A program made the translations under genes and the position numbers. From the NCBI GenBank assembly GCA_030324005.1, contig JARDVH010000157.1, forward strand, positions 23,750,136 through 23,814,135: a DNA stretch of 64,000 nt, in the 5' to 3' direction. Every line of letters begins with the position of its first letter. Position 1 is the stretch's first letter. Positions 37,170 to 49,642 of this stretch are shown here, piece after piece. The DNA comes from Negaprion brevirostris. Its lineage: Eukaryota. A model generated the notes under the pieces. That model was given only the letters and a program-made list of their open reading frames with translations, did no database searches and had not been told where the DNA came from.

Positions 37170-37403
37170 CTGGGGTGAAATGCACAGCTAAACACAGTGA
37201 GAAGTCTCACAACACCAAATTAAAGTCCAACAGGTTTATTTGGTATCACAAACTTATTGAGCGCGGCTCCTTCATCAGGTCACCTGATGAAAGAGCAGTG
37301 CTCTGAAAGCTTGCAATACCAAATTAATCTGTTGGACTTTAATCTGGTGTTGTGAGACTTTTTACTGTGCTCACCCCAGTCCAATGCCAGCAACTCCATA
37401 TCA
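37170..37403. mobile_element. Palindromic miniature Penelope-derived element with back-to-back hammerhead motifs
   Basis: Arms are reverse complements around the centre 37280/37281 (ttcatcaggt|cacctgatga); right arm CTGATGA-aagagcagtgctct-GAAA-gctt. Confidence 0.7.
37281..37315 (+). ncRNA. Minimal hammerhead ribozyme motif
   Basis: cac-CTGATGA-a-agagc(agt)gctct-GAAA-gc-TT-g; 5-bp stem II, palindromic aagctt stem III. Confidence 0.6.
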
Positions 37404-38756
37404 CAGCTAAATACAGTTTGCACATTCTGCAAGATGTAAAGGAGTGCAGAGGAATAGTTAAGCACTGTCATTTACAAATAAGTTTTCTCGTGAGTAAGTT
37501 GATATAATGGGAAGAATTTGATTTTGTTTTGTATCTTTTTTACTATATGCTGTTGTAGCACCATTGTGCTACTTGCTTTAAGCAATGTCTGAATAACTGA
37601 ACAAGTTCTAAATGCCACCTTTTAAACCCTTCTGTCAACTGCAAGTATACTATCACAGGAGTGCTGTGTCGGATGATCAGATAAAACCTGTATTTGCATG
37701 ATTGCATTCTCAAAAATATATTTTGTTTTCTTATACAGCAGCCCATGTGCCTTGGTTTTGGGAGTTTTACATGAATGGCTTTGTTGATAGCAGTATTGAT
37801 GTAACAAGCTACCCTGTCTTTGATTTATATCTCAGTCTGAAACTGGTTGTTAGTTGGTGACTTCCCCTCCGAGAAGTGTGCGCGTGTATGGACATGTGAT
37901 AAAGGCATCATTGAACAGTGAGATAATTCTCCCAACACTGATCATCTCAAGAAGAATGGACACTTGACGCTAGTACTAAAGGGCAGCATGCATCCTTGGA
38001 TCCCTGCCCATTCATGAATTCCCCTGCCACCCCTCACCCCCCCCCACCACCGCCCCCGCCATCACCCCCAGACAACGATTCTATTATTTAACCTGTTGTC
38101 CTGAGTTTAAACAGTGGTGTGTTACGTTGAAATGTTTTTGGGCTGGAAACCACAAGCGATGTGCAAGGCACGTATATGCAACAATAGTATGGTTGGATAG
38201 AGGACTGAGTTGTTTTGTGATCTCATGGGCCTCAGAATGAATATATTTGTGAGGAGCATTCGGAATGCTGCACAGTTTTGCGTATCACGTTCCAAAAAGC
38301 ACTTATGATGCTGATTTGTTTTGATATGCATTCAAAGTGGCGGATGCAATCTGCCATCACTGCATTGTTCGAAGTCAGCATACAGACACACCAGTGTAAA
38401 CATATTACCTGTTAAGTAACGGGGTAACACATTGTATTTCTTGTGTCAAATGCTGCACACTCAGATTTTGAAATATTGCAGCTTGGTTCAGATTCACCTT
38501 TCAAGATTGAATCTGCATCTTCCAAAAATTCATAGTTCTTGCATGAGTGCCAAAAAAATTCATTCTTGATATTTAATGGCAGTGCTTTCCTTGGACTACC
38601 CTGTTGGGTGGTCTTTGATTTTAAATGTGTAGCTAGAATTTGAGCTAATGTGGTTTGGTCCTGATGCTTAGTCCACTAATCATGGAAGGAGGAGACTAGA
38701 AACAAAATATAACAACCACCTTTGCTTCCCTTCAGAAAGCCAACATACACAAATGA

Positions 38757-38880
38757 TAAAAACAAATTACTGCAGATGCAACCAAAAAAGAAAATGCTGG
38801 AAAATCGCTGCAGGTCTGGCAGCATCTGCAAGGAGAGAAAAGAGCTGACATTTCGAGTTCGGATGACCTTTTGTCAAAGC
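38757..38880 (-). repeat. Family 3 repeat, single arm
   Basis: aaaatgctggaaaatcgctgcaggtctggcagcatctgc...gacatttcgagttcggatgacc. Confidence 0.65.
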
Positions 38881-39652
38881 GAATGACCTGCTCACTGATG
38901 TTCAGTTTGGATTCTGCCAGGGCCAGTCAACTTCTGATCTCACTACAGCTTTGGTTCAAACATGTACAAAAGACCTTAACACCAGAGGTGAGGTGAGGGT
39001 GGCTGCTGATGATATCAAGGCAGCATTTGACCCACATATGGCATCAAGAAGCCCTAACAACAGTGGATTCAATAGGAATAGGTTCACTGATGATGGCACA
39101 ATCTTCAGTGCTATTCATGACTCCTCAGATACTAATGCAATTCATGTCCAAATGTAGCATAACCCGGACAATATCCAGGCTTAGGCTGATGAGTGCAAGT
39201 AGCATTCATGTCACAAATTCCAGGCAATGAACATCTCCAACAAGCGAGAATCTAAGCATCATCTCGTGACATTTAATGGCATTATTGCAGAACCCCTACT
39301 ATCAATATTCTGGGGATTACCATTGACCAAAACCTGAACTGGACTAGCCATATTAACACTGGCTACAAGAGTAGGTCAAGGTCTAGGAATTCTGCAACAA
39401 ATAACTCATCCCTGACTCGCCAATGTCTACCATCTAAAATGAATAAGTCAGGAGTGTGATGCGATAGTCTGTACTGGCCTGGAGGAATGTAGCTCCAACA
39501 ACATCCAAGAAGCTTGGCATCATCCAGGACAAAGCAACCCACTTGATTGACACCCCATCCACAAACATTCACTCCTTCCACTACTGATGCAGAGTGACAG
39601 CAGTGTGTACCCTCTACAAGATGCACTGTAAGAACTCTACCAACCTCCTAAG
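38881..39652 (+). mobile_element. Non-LTR retrotransposon RT remnant (CR1-group, distinct family) with internal deletions
   Basis: LLTDVQFGFCQGQSTSDLTTALVQT...VRVAADDIKAAFD, FTDDGTIF, NILGITIDQ.LNW. Confidence 0.75.
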
Positions 39653-40384
39653 NNNNNNNNNNNNNNNNNNNNNNNNNNNNNNNNNNNNNNNNNNNNNNNN
39701 NNNNNNNNNNNNNNNNNNNNNNNNNNNNNNNNNNNNNNNNNNNNNNNNNNNNNNNNNNNNNNNNNNNNNNNNNNNNNNNNNNNNNNNNNNNNNNNNNNNN
39801 NNNNNNNNNNNNNNNNNNNNNNNNNNNNNNNNNNNNNNNNNNNNNNNNNNNNNNNNNNNNNNNNNNNNNNNNNNNNNNNNNNNNNNNNNNNNNNNNNNNN
39901 NNNNNNNNNNNNNNNNNNNNNNNNNNNNNNNNNNNNNNNNNNNNNNNNNNNNNNNNNNNNNNNNNNNNNNGGCTTTTTTTCTTCAGCCCTACCCATCACT
40001 GGAAGGTTAAAGCAGGGTTGTATGTCTCTCTGTTGCTGCTCATGCTGGTCTGCAACCAGCAGTAGGAAGTTCAAGAGTATATCAGTTTGGAGGTCTCTGG
40101 TTTCCATTTAATTTTTTCTCCAATTGGCATTTCACTGTATAGGAGATCATGAGTGTTAATACATACCTTATTGCTAAATTGACTGGTACATGGGACTGGT
40201 ACATTTTGTTTCTGCTGTTAAACTGTTCTGCAAATTTGCCATCCCCTTCATTTTCTTGCCTCTCCATATTTTCCTCCACTTCTGAAAGTTTTAGTTTGCG
40301 CTGAACAGTGGCATTCAGAGTTCTCTGTTTGTTTAGCTTTGGCGTTGAATATTGGCAGTTATTTAACCAGCGTCAAGGGCACAG

Positions 40385-41738
40385 TATAAATTAGGAAATA
40401 TTGAGACCATGTAAGAAAAGTACATCAATAGTCAGGGATGATTTTAATGTGCTTGTAGACTGGATTAATCAAATTGGCGAGGATCGCCTCAAGGGAGAGT
40501 TCATTGAATGTATTAGGGATTGTTTCTTGGAGCAATATGTTGTGGAACCTACCAGGGAGCAGGCTAGTCTGTGTTTGGTGTTGAGTAATGAGGAGAGATT
40601 AGTTAATGATCTCGTATTTAAGAATCCTTTAGGAAAGTGTGGTCACAGCGTACGAGAATTTCGAATTCAGTTTGAGGGCAAGAAACAAGCCCCACACGAG
40701 CATTCTGGAATTAATCAGAAGTAATTTGTTTTAAAAAATTACTTTTTCAGATCTGGCCCAAGTAGATTGAGCAGGACGACTAAAAGGTAGGACAATTGAT
40801 GATCAGTGGCAGTTGTTTAAGGAGATAGTTAATTCCTCCTAACCAAATATATTCCAGAGAAGAAGAAAGATTGTGAGAGGGGGAAGAAACATCCATGGCT
40901 TAGCAAGAAAGTTAAAGATTACATAAAGACGAAAACCAAGGCATACTATATTGCAAAGGTCAGTGGCAGGCTGGAAGATTTGGGAAACTTTTAAGGATCG
41001 ACAAAGGATTACTAAAAAACTAATAAAAAGTACAAAGGCAAATTATGAAAGAAAACTAACAATATAAAAATAGCAAAAGTATACAAAAGAGAAGAGAGTA
41101 TCTAAAATGAATGTTGGCCCTTTGGAGGATGAGACTGGGGGTTAATAGTGGGGAACACAGAAATGACAGAGATACTAAATGAGTATTTTGCTTCAGTTTT
41201 AAAGGATACTAGTATCATCCCCAGAGTAGCATGTAATATTGAGATAATCGAAAGGAAAGAACTTGGAACAATCATCAATAGGGAAGAAGTACTGAAAAAC
41301 TATTGGAATTGAAGGCATTCAAGTGCCTTCATCCTAGAGTCTTAAAGGAAGTGACGGAGGGGATAATGAATCCATTGGTTATAATATTCCAAAATTCCCT
41401 GGATGCAGGGAAGGTTCAAATGGATGGGAAAAATGCTGATAAAACACCTTTATTCATAAAGGGAGGGAGATAGAAAGTAGGAAATTAACAGACCAATTAA
41501 TTTGACATCTGTTGGGAAATTGTTAGAATTCATTATTAAGGAAGTAATAGGACATTTGGAAAGTCAATGCAATTCATGAGAGTCAGGGTGGTTTTATGAA
41601 AGGTGAATTGTGTTTGACTAATTTGCTAGAGTTCTTTGAAGATGTATCAAGCCAAAAGGATAATGGAGATCCTGTAGATGTGAGGGGGTTGAGCTATGAG
41701 GAGAGGCTGAATAAACTAGGCTTGTACTCATTAGAGTT
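40385..41738 (+). mobile_element. CR1 LINE ORF2 remnant
   Basis: FIECIRDCFLEQYVVEPTREQA, HPRVLKE, GFMKGELCLTNLLEFFE, GLSYEERLNKLGLYSLE; ends at a 100-N gap. Confidence 0.85.
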
Positions 41739-41838
41739 NNNNNNNNNNNNNNNNNNNNNNNNNNNNNNNNNNNNNNNNNNNNNNNNNNNNNNNNNNNNNN
41801 NNNNNNNNNNNNNNNNNNNNNNNNNNNNNNNNNNNNNN

Positions 41839-44121
41839 CTGGTGCAGATCAGCTTTTGCAACCAAACAGCTATCACTCTCGTCATCAGAGATGCAGACTA
41901 CGTCACTGTCTTCAGACTTAGCTACCAAAGTCTGCTTCCTCCTATTATGAATTTGTGGCCCTGCCTGAGTAGATAGGACTTCACACACACCATCACTACT
42001 GGGGCTCTGGCCACCTTTTCTTTCAGAGTTTGGATCAGGGTCTCCTCCCTCCTCTTCATGATCAATGTTTTTGCCAGATTTGGCTAAAGACAGACTCATA
42101 GAAATGCTGCATGACATTGATGCAACATTATTTTTTTTCAAGTCTAATACATATCCTCGAATGTCACACTTCCCCTCTGCTTCAAGAACATTCAGCTTAT
42201 GCAATTCGAGAGAGCAAGGCTTTATCCTGGGATGGCTACTTTCTGACCTCTGCAAGGAAGGAGACATTTGTTCACTCACTGAAGCAGAATTTCTGCTGTT
42301 CTCACACACGTTGTTAACTACCTGTATTGATTCAGGGATCTCTTTCAAATCCAATTTGGCTGCAGAGAGGGTGTCATTTGTGTCATTAATAGAAATTTGG
42401 TTTTCAGCTTCCATACAAGTATCGTCATTAACTACCTGTACAGATTCAGGGATCTCCTTCAAATCCAATCTGGCTGCAGAGACAGTGTCATTTGCATCAT
42501 TAATAGAAATTTGGTTTTCAGCTTCCATACAGCTATCAGCGTTACTTAGGAGCTTTTTAGTTACTTCAAGTTTTGATGTCAGATCTCCACTGCATAGAGA
42601 AGCCACACTATCTGGTGAGCTGTAATCAAAATTGACTGGGCTGTTACTTTGGGTGATTCCAGCATCTTCCAAATAAGATACCTTTCTGTTCTTTACATCA
42701 GATGTTAAAGTCACTTCTTGGTCACATGGCCACTCTTCAGTTTTTATACCCTGCTGTAATAAGATATTTTCTTGCATATCTTGAAGGTCTGTAATGTTAC
42801 TTGTAGCAAGTCTCGCATTATCTGAACTCTGCAGCACATTACACACATTGGGTGCTTCGTTACAAGTTGATAACATGTTGGTCCCAACATTTTCCGTGTA
42901 TACTCTCTGGCAACCATCTGGGCTTATTAAACTTTGTGATAGTTGTATTGAATTTGAAGATACTTTACTTTCCTCACTAACAGGTGAAACATTACACTCC
43001 CTTTCTGTTAAATCTTTTGGACATGTTTTATCCAATGCATCCTCACTCTGGACGCATCCTTCTTCAGATTCGGCTGGTACTGCGACTTCTGAACATTCAA
43101 TGACATTTTCTACCTTTATTGTCATTGTTGCCTGGTCTTTGCAGTTTCTATTCAAGTCACAGACAGGCTGAAGCTTTCTCTCAGTATACTGGTTACTCAA
43201 GCTTTTAACACCAGAGAAGCCATTCTGTGTTTCACAGTGGTCCACCCTGCCCAGCAGGTTTCCGTTGTCACATTGTTCCTTGTTGTTTGGCCTATTCTCT
43301 GGTGTTGAAGACTCAGTCAGTTCTATTACAAGCAGTTTGGAGTCTTGTTCAGTTTCAGCAGGACTTAGAGGATCAAGCCATTCATTTTCCTGATGTATTT
43401 GTTCAGAAAACTGGCACACAGAGTCATGCGTTTCCAAATCAGAAGAAACACTAGATTGTTCGTACAAGGTTTCCTCTACAGTGTCCAATGTCTGTTCAAG
43501 CGGACTATCACATGATTCAGGTCCAACGCCCGCAGAAGCAGCTAACGGTAAATCTAAGTCCAATGTTTTGAGTCTGTGCTGGTTCTTAAGGCTACAGTCT
43601 ATTCCATTTTCAAGGCCTCTTCTAATGGATTCCAAATCACCAGACTGTGCCAACACAGAGCTTTCAAATGATGAGTCAACATAATCGGTAGGTATGCATG
43701 AATCTAATGATGCCGGTACCATCTGCTGTGACTGGACACAAACAGATGGAATAAAGAGCGATGACAATGGCTGTTCATGCAAGGAATGCTGCAATATCCG
43801 TTGAGAAGAGAACAGGTGGGGCCGATTGACATAAGAGACAGTGACTGTGGTACTTGAGATGGCATCATCCAAGTGTACCTTGTCAGTCTGAGGTATAGTA
43901 GACCCAGTGTTGGTCTCCAAATCATCAGCTGCATTTTTAGTACACAAATTGTATTGCGTTTCCATGGTCCCAGTATGCAATAGTTCTAAAGGGTCATTTG
44001 CCTGTAGCCCCTCTCTTTGATTTCTTGAACAATCAACAGAATAATCCACAGGGATGCTGAAATTAATTATGTCATCCTTTCTGTTTTGTAAGCCATCAGC
44101 TTGGTCCTGTCCTGACTCCAT
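41839..44121 (-). CDS. Large uninterrupted coding exon (>=761 codons, truncated by gap) of an acidic Ser-rich, probably disordered nuclear protein; possibly RAI1/TCF20-family-like
   Basis: Stop-free frame 44121-41839; strong Kozak gtgATGG; upstream polypyrimidine tract and acceptor (ttttttgtcccccaag|, exon start ~44150); no transposon motifs; SIM and SUMO-site motifs. The family guess rests only on exon architecture and a recalled motif (STTVTVSYVNRPHLFS). Confidence 0.8.
42314..42531 (-). repeat. 114-bp (38-aa) tandem duplication inside the antisense ORF
   Basis: CMEAENQISINDANDTVSAARLDLKEIPESVQVVN / CMEAENQISINDTNDTLSAAKLDLKEIPESIQVVN; period 114 nt. Confidence 0.95.
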
Positions 44122-46431
44122 CACAGGACTTTTTCTGCTTCACTCTGCTTCTTGGGGGACAAAAAATATATAACTATTTAATAGAATCGATAAATAATAA
44201 ACTATCTCTACACATAAAATTAAAAAATCTATTTCACAAAAAATGTGCAGCCTCTTAAACCAATAGATGTCCACCCAGAATATCTTGGAATTTGTCAAAT
44301 AACTTCATATACAATTATTTTAAAATCCAGTTACTGGATTGATAAATTAGGCCTCCATTTAATGTGCAGCAGAATCACACAAACAGTAACATGCTAAAAG
44401 ACAAGTTCATCTCTTTTTCATTGTGTTGCTGGAGAGAATTGGTCCTGGAGGGCCGGGACTCTGGGAGAATTTCCGGATTTGAAAACAGTCACAATATTAT
44501 TTAACACCCCCCTGAATTTGGAAAAATGACAACCTGCACAGAATAGCAGCAACTCTGACAATGCAGCATTCTCTGAGCACTGGCTTCCTCTACATACTCA
44601 ATACAGCAGGACTTAAACTAAGTATTTTGTTAGAAAGGAACCAAGGCAGTCTCTTTTCCTGAACGAAAGCAACTTATCTGCAGCTTTGACACCAAATGGA
44701 ATATATTGTGGTAGGCTGGTTATCTTTAGCATAGGAAATGATTTTTAAAGTGAGGCTGATCCAGATAGGTTGACCTCGCTCAGTATAGCCAAGTATCGTT
44801 ATTAACCAGTTATAAATTTTATTTACATTTCTTACTCATTTCTCATATTTTCCAGGAAGATCCTCCCTCTCACCAATTTTCTTCCACTAGTATTCCTTTC
44901 TTCTTAAACAGAAACTTGTATGAGATATGGTTTCATAAACATTTAAACCATTAATATCATCCCATATTTATATTTTTACACACCGTGAACTCGTAACTTC
45001 CATCAAATACTAATTTCCTGACTATTGGTTCTCTTAGTTGAAACCCCATGATAAAAGTGTCCTTGCAAGAACAATCATTTGCATGCTAAGAGTGTCCATA
45101 ACATACAATATGATGGCTCATGCAAATGTTTGGAGCTAGGCTGTAAAAATACAACTTGAGATATGAAAAGTAAAAATATGTTTTTTGGAAAAAAACCGTC
45201 ATGTGGAAGTTGCAAATTGATTTTCAAGCAACACAAGGCTTTGGCAAAAAAAATCAGCTATTTACCAGCAATTCAACTTCCAAATATAATTTATTTCGAA
45301 GTGTAAATAAAAACCTCCTGCTTACATTAATTCTGGAAAAAGCATGCACTTATTGGAAATATGAAGCCAATGAAAATTTCCCCGTCCCAACTGCAGTTGC
45401 CCAATTAATAACATTTAAGCTAACAACAGCGGAGGGAAACTAATATTAAATCAGTGTTGCACACCACATTGATCCCCACCAACACAAACCCCACCATAAC
45501 AGACAAAGACAGAACATCAAGAGACAGTGATCTGCAGAATTAAGACTCAAAAGTTTAGCAGCCAATTTCTGGCACAGATATATACATAATACATATATTA
45601 TATTTGTAAAGATTACCAACATTTAAATAGTAGGATTGTGAAACAAGACCACACCGTTGAGGCGTTATCCTTTGTCCTTAGGAGGAGCTTCATCAAGACA
45701 CAAAGACCGTCGCCTCAGTTAGTGCTGCATGCACAGTCTCATTCATTTCTACTAATTACCATAGCACACTGAAGAGCCGCATCCTTAGTGGATGGAACAA
45801 GGCAACACTGATCTCAGAGCAGACATGAAGTACATGTGCAGCACAGAGCAGGAAATGAAACTGTATTTCTCAATATGGGGGAGGGGGATGGCTCGTAAGG
45901 TAGAGGAGCACTTGGCACTTTTACAACCAATTTGTGTTCCACCTTGGTTAATAGAGATTTTTTTCTCTCTAAAAAGCCTCTTAAATACATTAAGATGGGG
46001 ACCAAAACATAAGTGTAGTATTTCAAACAATATTTCTTGGATGAGTTGATCAAAAAAGAGGACTCGATTCCTCACAGGCTTTTAACTGATCTATCATGAC
46101 ACATTTGTTAGCGGAGCTAAAACTCCTAATGCACTTCACTCCAAAGTACAGGGTGACAGTAGTGAATCAGCAATTTAAGTTATAAACTCGAAGGGCCTGG
46201 CTTGGCTCTTCTATTTAAATATACAAACATCCCACTGTAGCAGATGGAACTTTTTGATAATGTTGTACATCTTTGGGTGCTCTGTTGTTAAAACTGGCGG
46301 GGGGGGTGCGTTGAGTTAGGGAAAGAATCAGAGCCCAACTTCAAACGTTAGAAAAGGGTTTTGAAATCAAGAGGCAGTTGGAAGGGAACACAAGCTGGCG
46401 GGGAGTTGGCATTAAATACACAGTAACTTAC

Positions 46432-46880
46432 CCTGCCCGGGATATCGTCTGAAAGCAGGGGAGGGGGTTATCTGGAACAAAAGAGACTGTGATTGAATAA
46501 GGAGTGTATTTAGTGAGGCGTCGGGGGGGGGGGTGGAGAAGATCGCGTTTTAAACTCTGGGATGCGCAAGATGTTAAATCGGAACACTACCTTCTACAAG
46601 ATTCATCAGTGAAGGCTGGAGGATGAGACTTTTATTGACAGTAATACCCCGACGGCCTAGGAGAGGGACTGGAGGGAGAGGCAGTGCTGCGTCTGTCCGG
46701 CTTTCAAATAAGCAGCCTGTCCACATGGGGGTCGGATCCAAACAAAGGGAAGAGCCGCCCGCCGCCTCCTCCCTCAGCACAGCCTCTGTGTGTAAAACAA
46801 AGAGCCTCCGCTGAAACCTGGAGCGGGCCCACAGCCAACGACCACTGCCTGCCTGCCTCCCTCCCCTCACCGGGCCGCAA
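46432..46880 (-). promoter_or_regulatory. CpG-rich promoter / non-coding first exon of the antisense gene
   Basis: Consensus donor on the minus strand (CAGG|gtaagt, intron starts at 46431) at the edge of a GC/CpG-rich patch (gccgcccgccgcc, cgggccgc), 2.3 kb upstream of the large ORF acceptor. Confidence 0.6.
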
Positions 46881-47455
46881 TGGAGTATAGAAAAATGGAA
46901 GCCTTGCTAAAACTATACAAGGTACTAGATAGACCACAGTTGAAATATTGTGAACAGTTTTAGTCCTCTTATCTAAGGAAAGTTGTACTAGCATTGGAAG
47001 CAGTCCAGAGAAGGTTCACTAGGTTGATCCTAGGTATCGAGGAATTTTCTTACAAGGAGAGGTTAAGAGGTTGGGCCTGCTCTCATTGGAGTTTAGAAGA
47101 ATGAGAGGTGACCTTATTGAGACAGATAGGATTCTCAGGGGGCTTGACAGGATAGATGCTTGTGGGAGACTCTAGAATCTGAGGATGTAATCTCAGAGAA
47201 AGGCATGCCCTTTTAAGATTGGGATGAGGAGGAATTTCTTCTCTAAGGGTAGTGAATCTGTGGAATTCTTTACTGCAGAGTGCTGTAGAGGCTGGGTATG
47301 TTCAAGGCTGGGGTAGATTGCTAATCGGTAAGGGAATTGAGGGTTATGGGGATAAGGTGGAAAAGTGGAGTTGAGGATTATCAAATTAGTCAAATCATTG
47401 GTAGAGCTGACTTGATGGGCTGAATGACCTATTTCTGCTCCTACATCTTATGGTC
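46878..47455 (+). mobile_element. CR1 LINE 3' end directly abutting the antisense-gene promoter
   Basis: LEAVQRRFTRLILG, LEFRRMRGDLIET, tail cctatttctgctcctacatcttatggtc. Confidence 0.85.
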
Positions 47456-49642
47456 CAATTAGGGAAAGCCAGCATCTGCCTAAGTATTGAAAAAGATGCC
47501 ATTTTTGTCAAGTTGCAAGCATTAGTTTAGTTTGTCTGTGCTGAATCAGCTTTCTATCTTAGTGCCTGTGTGCAATGATAAGGGATTAGCAGCAGAAAAC
47601 CTTGTTGTTCAGGGCCATCCAACTGATATAGTGTCACTATGGACCAGTATCCTGGCACACAATTGAGCATCATCCGTGGTGACCTGATGCAGCATCCACA
47701 CGTCGTTTCCAGATGAAGTTGCTGGATAGCGACCTGAAATCCCAATCTCCCGCCTCGCCAAAGCCTGAAGCTAAATCTGGTTGTTTAATTAAAAACATCG
47801 AGGTTTATTCCTGTATTACACATATTGACTTTCCTGTACTATATTAAACATTACAATTCACTAATTAATCATCTCCTTGAATTGTTGGCATTAGACTTAA
47901 GTCACCTGCTCTACTTGTGAAGAAATAGCCTGTCGTGATTCCTATATCAGTATTTGTCTGCTCAGTGATTCTTCAGAGCACTAGGGTTGCACATTTGTCC
48001 AAAGTTTTCATAAATACCACTCCACTTGAAGGAGCTTTGAAATCATCTACAGAAGACCCAACCTGCATTACTATTCCAGGTTATTGGTTCATATCTATCA
48101 CAGTGTAAAAATGGTAGATTCAAAATCATCTCGACTAAGTCTACCAGTGGAATACTTAGGAATTGGTTAAAAGGAAGGCTTTTTTTGGCCTTGTACTAGC
48201 CCCAGTAATTCTCAGTGGTAGATAGGCAGTACTAGAATGGTGGCTTACAGCTTGGCTCGGGCATAGTTGAATCCCATGCTACTTCAAATGGATTGGTGCT
48301 CCTGAGTGTGAGACGCATCCTTGGATGGTTTTGTCAGTTTGGCTTTATGGACATTGAAATAATGGAAATTTCTCAACATTATTCTCATGATTATCTGGGA
48401 ATATGTAATTGGAATGCTTGTGGTGACCGTTTTTGCCCTGTTGGGATCTTGAAGTTAAATTGCAGCTTTTTTTGTAAGCTCCCAAGCTAGTGTTATCCTG
48501 TTTCAAAATGTTTCTTCTCACTTTGCTGCACTGCAAAACTGATGAGCAGTGACCAGCTGGAAATAATCTAAATTTACCAGTTAAAAGTCATTTTAATTAA
48601 TTGGCAAGTTATAATGTTGTCATTGAGGTTAATTATAACAACTTAAATGTGTGCTGGGTTTTGGCTAGAAACGTATTTGATTTCATTTTAACAGCATTAA
48701 TGTAGCAAACAAACCCAAATGTTTCAAACTTCATTGCATGCTTGTGTCATTCTCCTCCCAGACATCTGAAACCTCCAGTATACTGAGATAATTTCCTTTG
48801 GCTCACAGTGGGAAAATTAGGCATGCTTGGATGTATGTATTAAATTGGATTCATGTTTAAAAGACAGACAATGTTAATACCAGTGCTTGTAAAATTTTAG
48901 TTTTCTACAGTATGCCTTTCCAGAGAAAAGGGCCCAAGGGAGAGAATAGGAAATTTATGTTGCACTGACGATGGCTGAGGGATTACATGCCTAACCATGA
49001 ACAGTGCTGGAAGTAGAATCTGTAATAGCTCTTAAAAAGAAAATGGATAAGTTGTTGGTACAGAATAGGGTATGGATAAGAGTGGACAGCTTCTGAGGCT
49101 AAGTCACTTGCTCTGGTAAGCATGGATTGTTGTCTGTTGCAGTAACCTTCCTGATGCATTCTTCCCAAAACTAGCGCTCCAGGATCAGGTGCAATTTGAT
49201 GTGTAATAATGAATAGCTACAGTTAACATTGTTCCAGTGCTGAGTTCAGTACTTGAGCTTTGAGTTTAAAGCTTCATCTAAATTGGCCCACCCACAGTTA
49301 CAGCAGTGTTCAATGCAAGTTGAAGATTCTGTAAAATCTCCAGTAGCAAACCAGATTAATTGCTTAAAATGAATGCTAATTTATTAAAGCGGCTTTAGTG
49401 TCTGTAAATTCATTGCCAAAGTTTGTGGCATGGATTGGGATTGGAGGTTTGTTTTACCTGTTGTGAAGAGTTGCTTATCCTCAGCCCAGTTGTATAAATC
49501 CTCACCTTTTGTCTCAGCATTGAGTGTCCGCTTTATGGATTTTACATGGTTTATTGCACACGCACAACACTTTTCATTGCTAGTCTGCCGTTTCATTTTC
49601 TATTCAAATACTGTAACTTTTGTTTTTGTTTATGCTCAGCAG

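Noticed and set aside
42065-43684. Plus-strand ORFs overlapping the large minus-strand ORF
   Set aside because: Antisense shadows of the real coding frame; no splice or start context.
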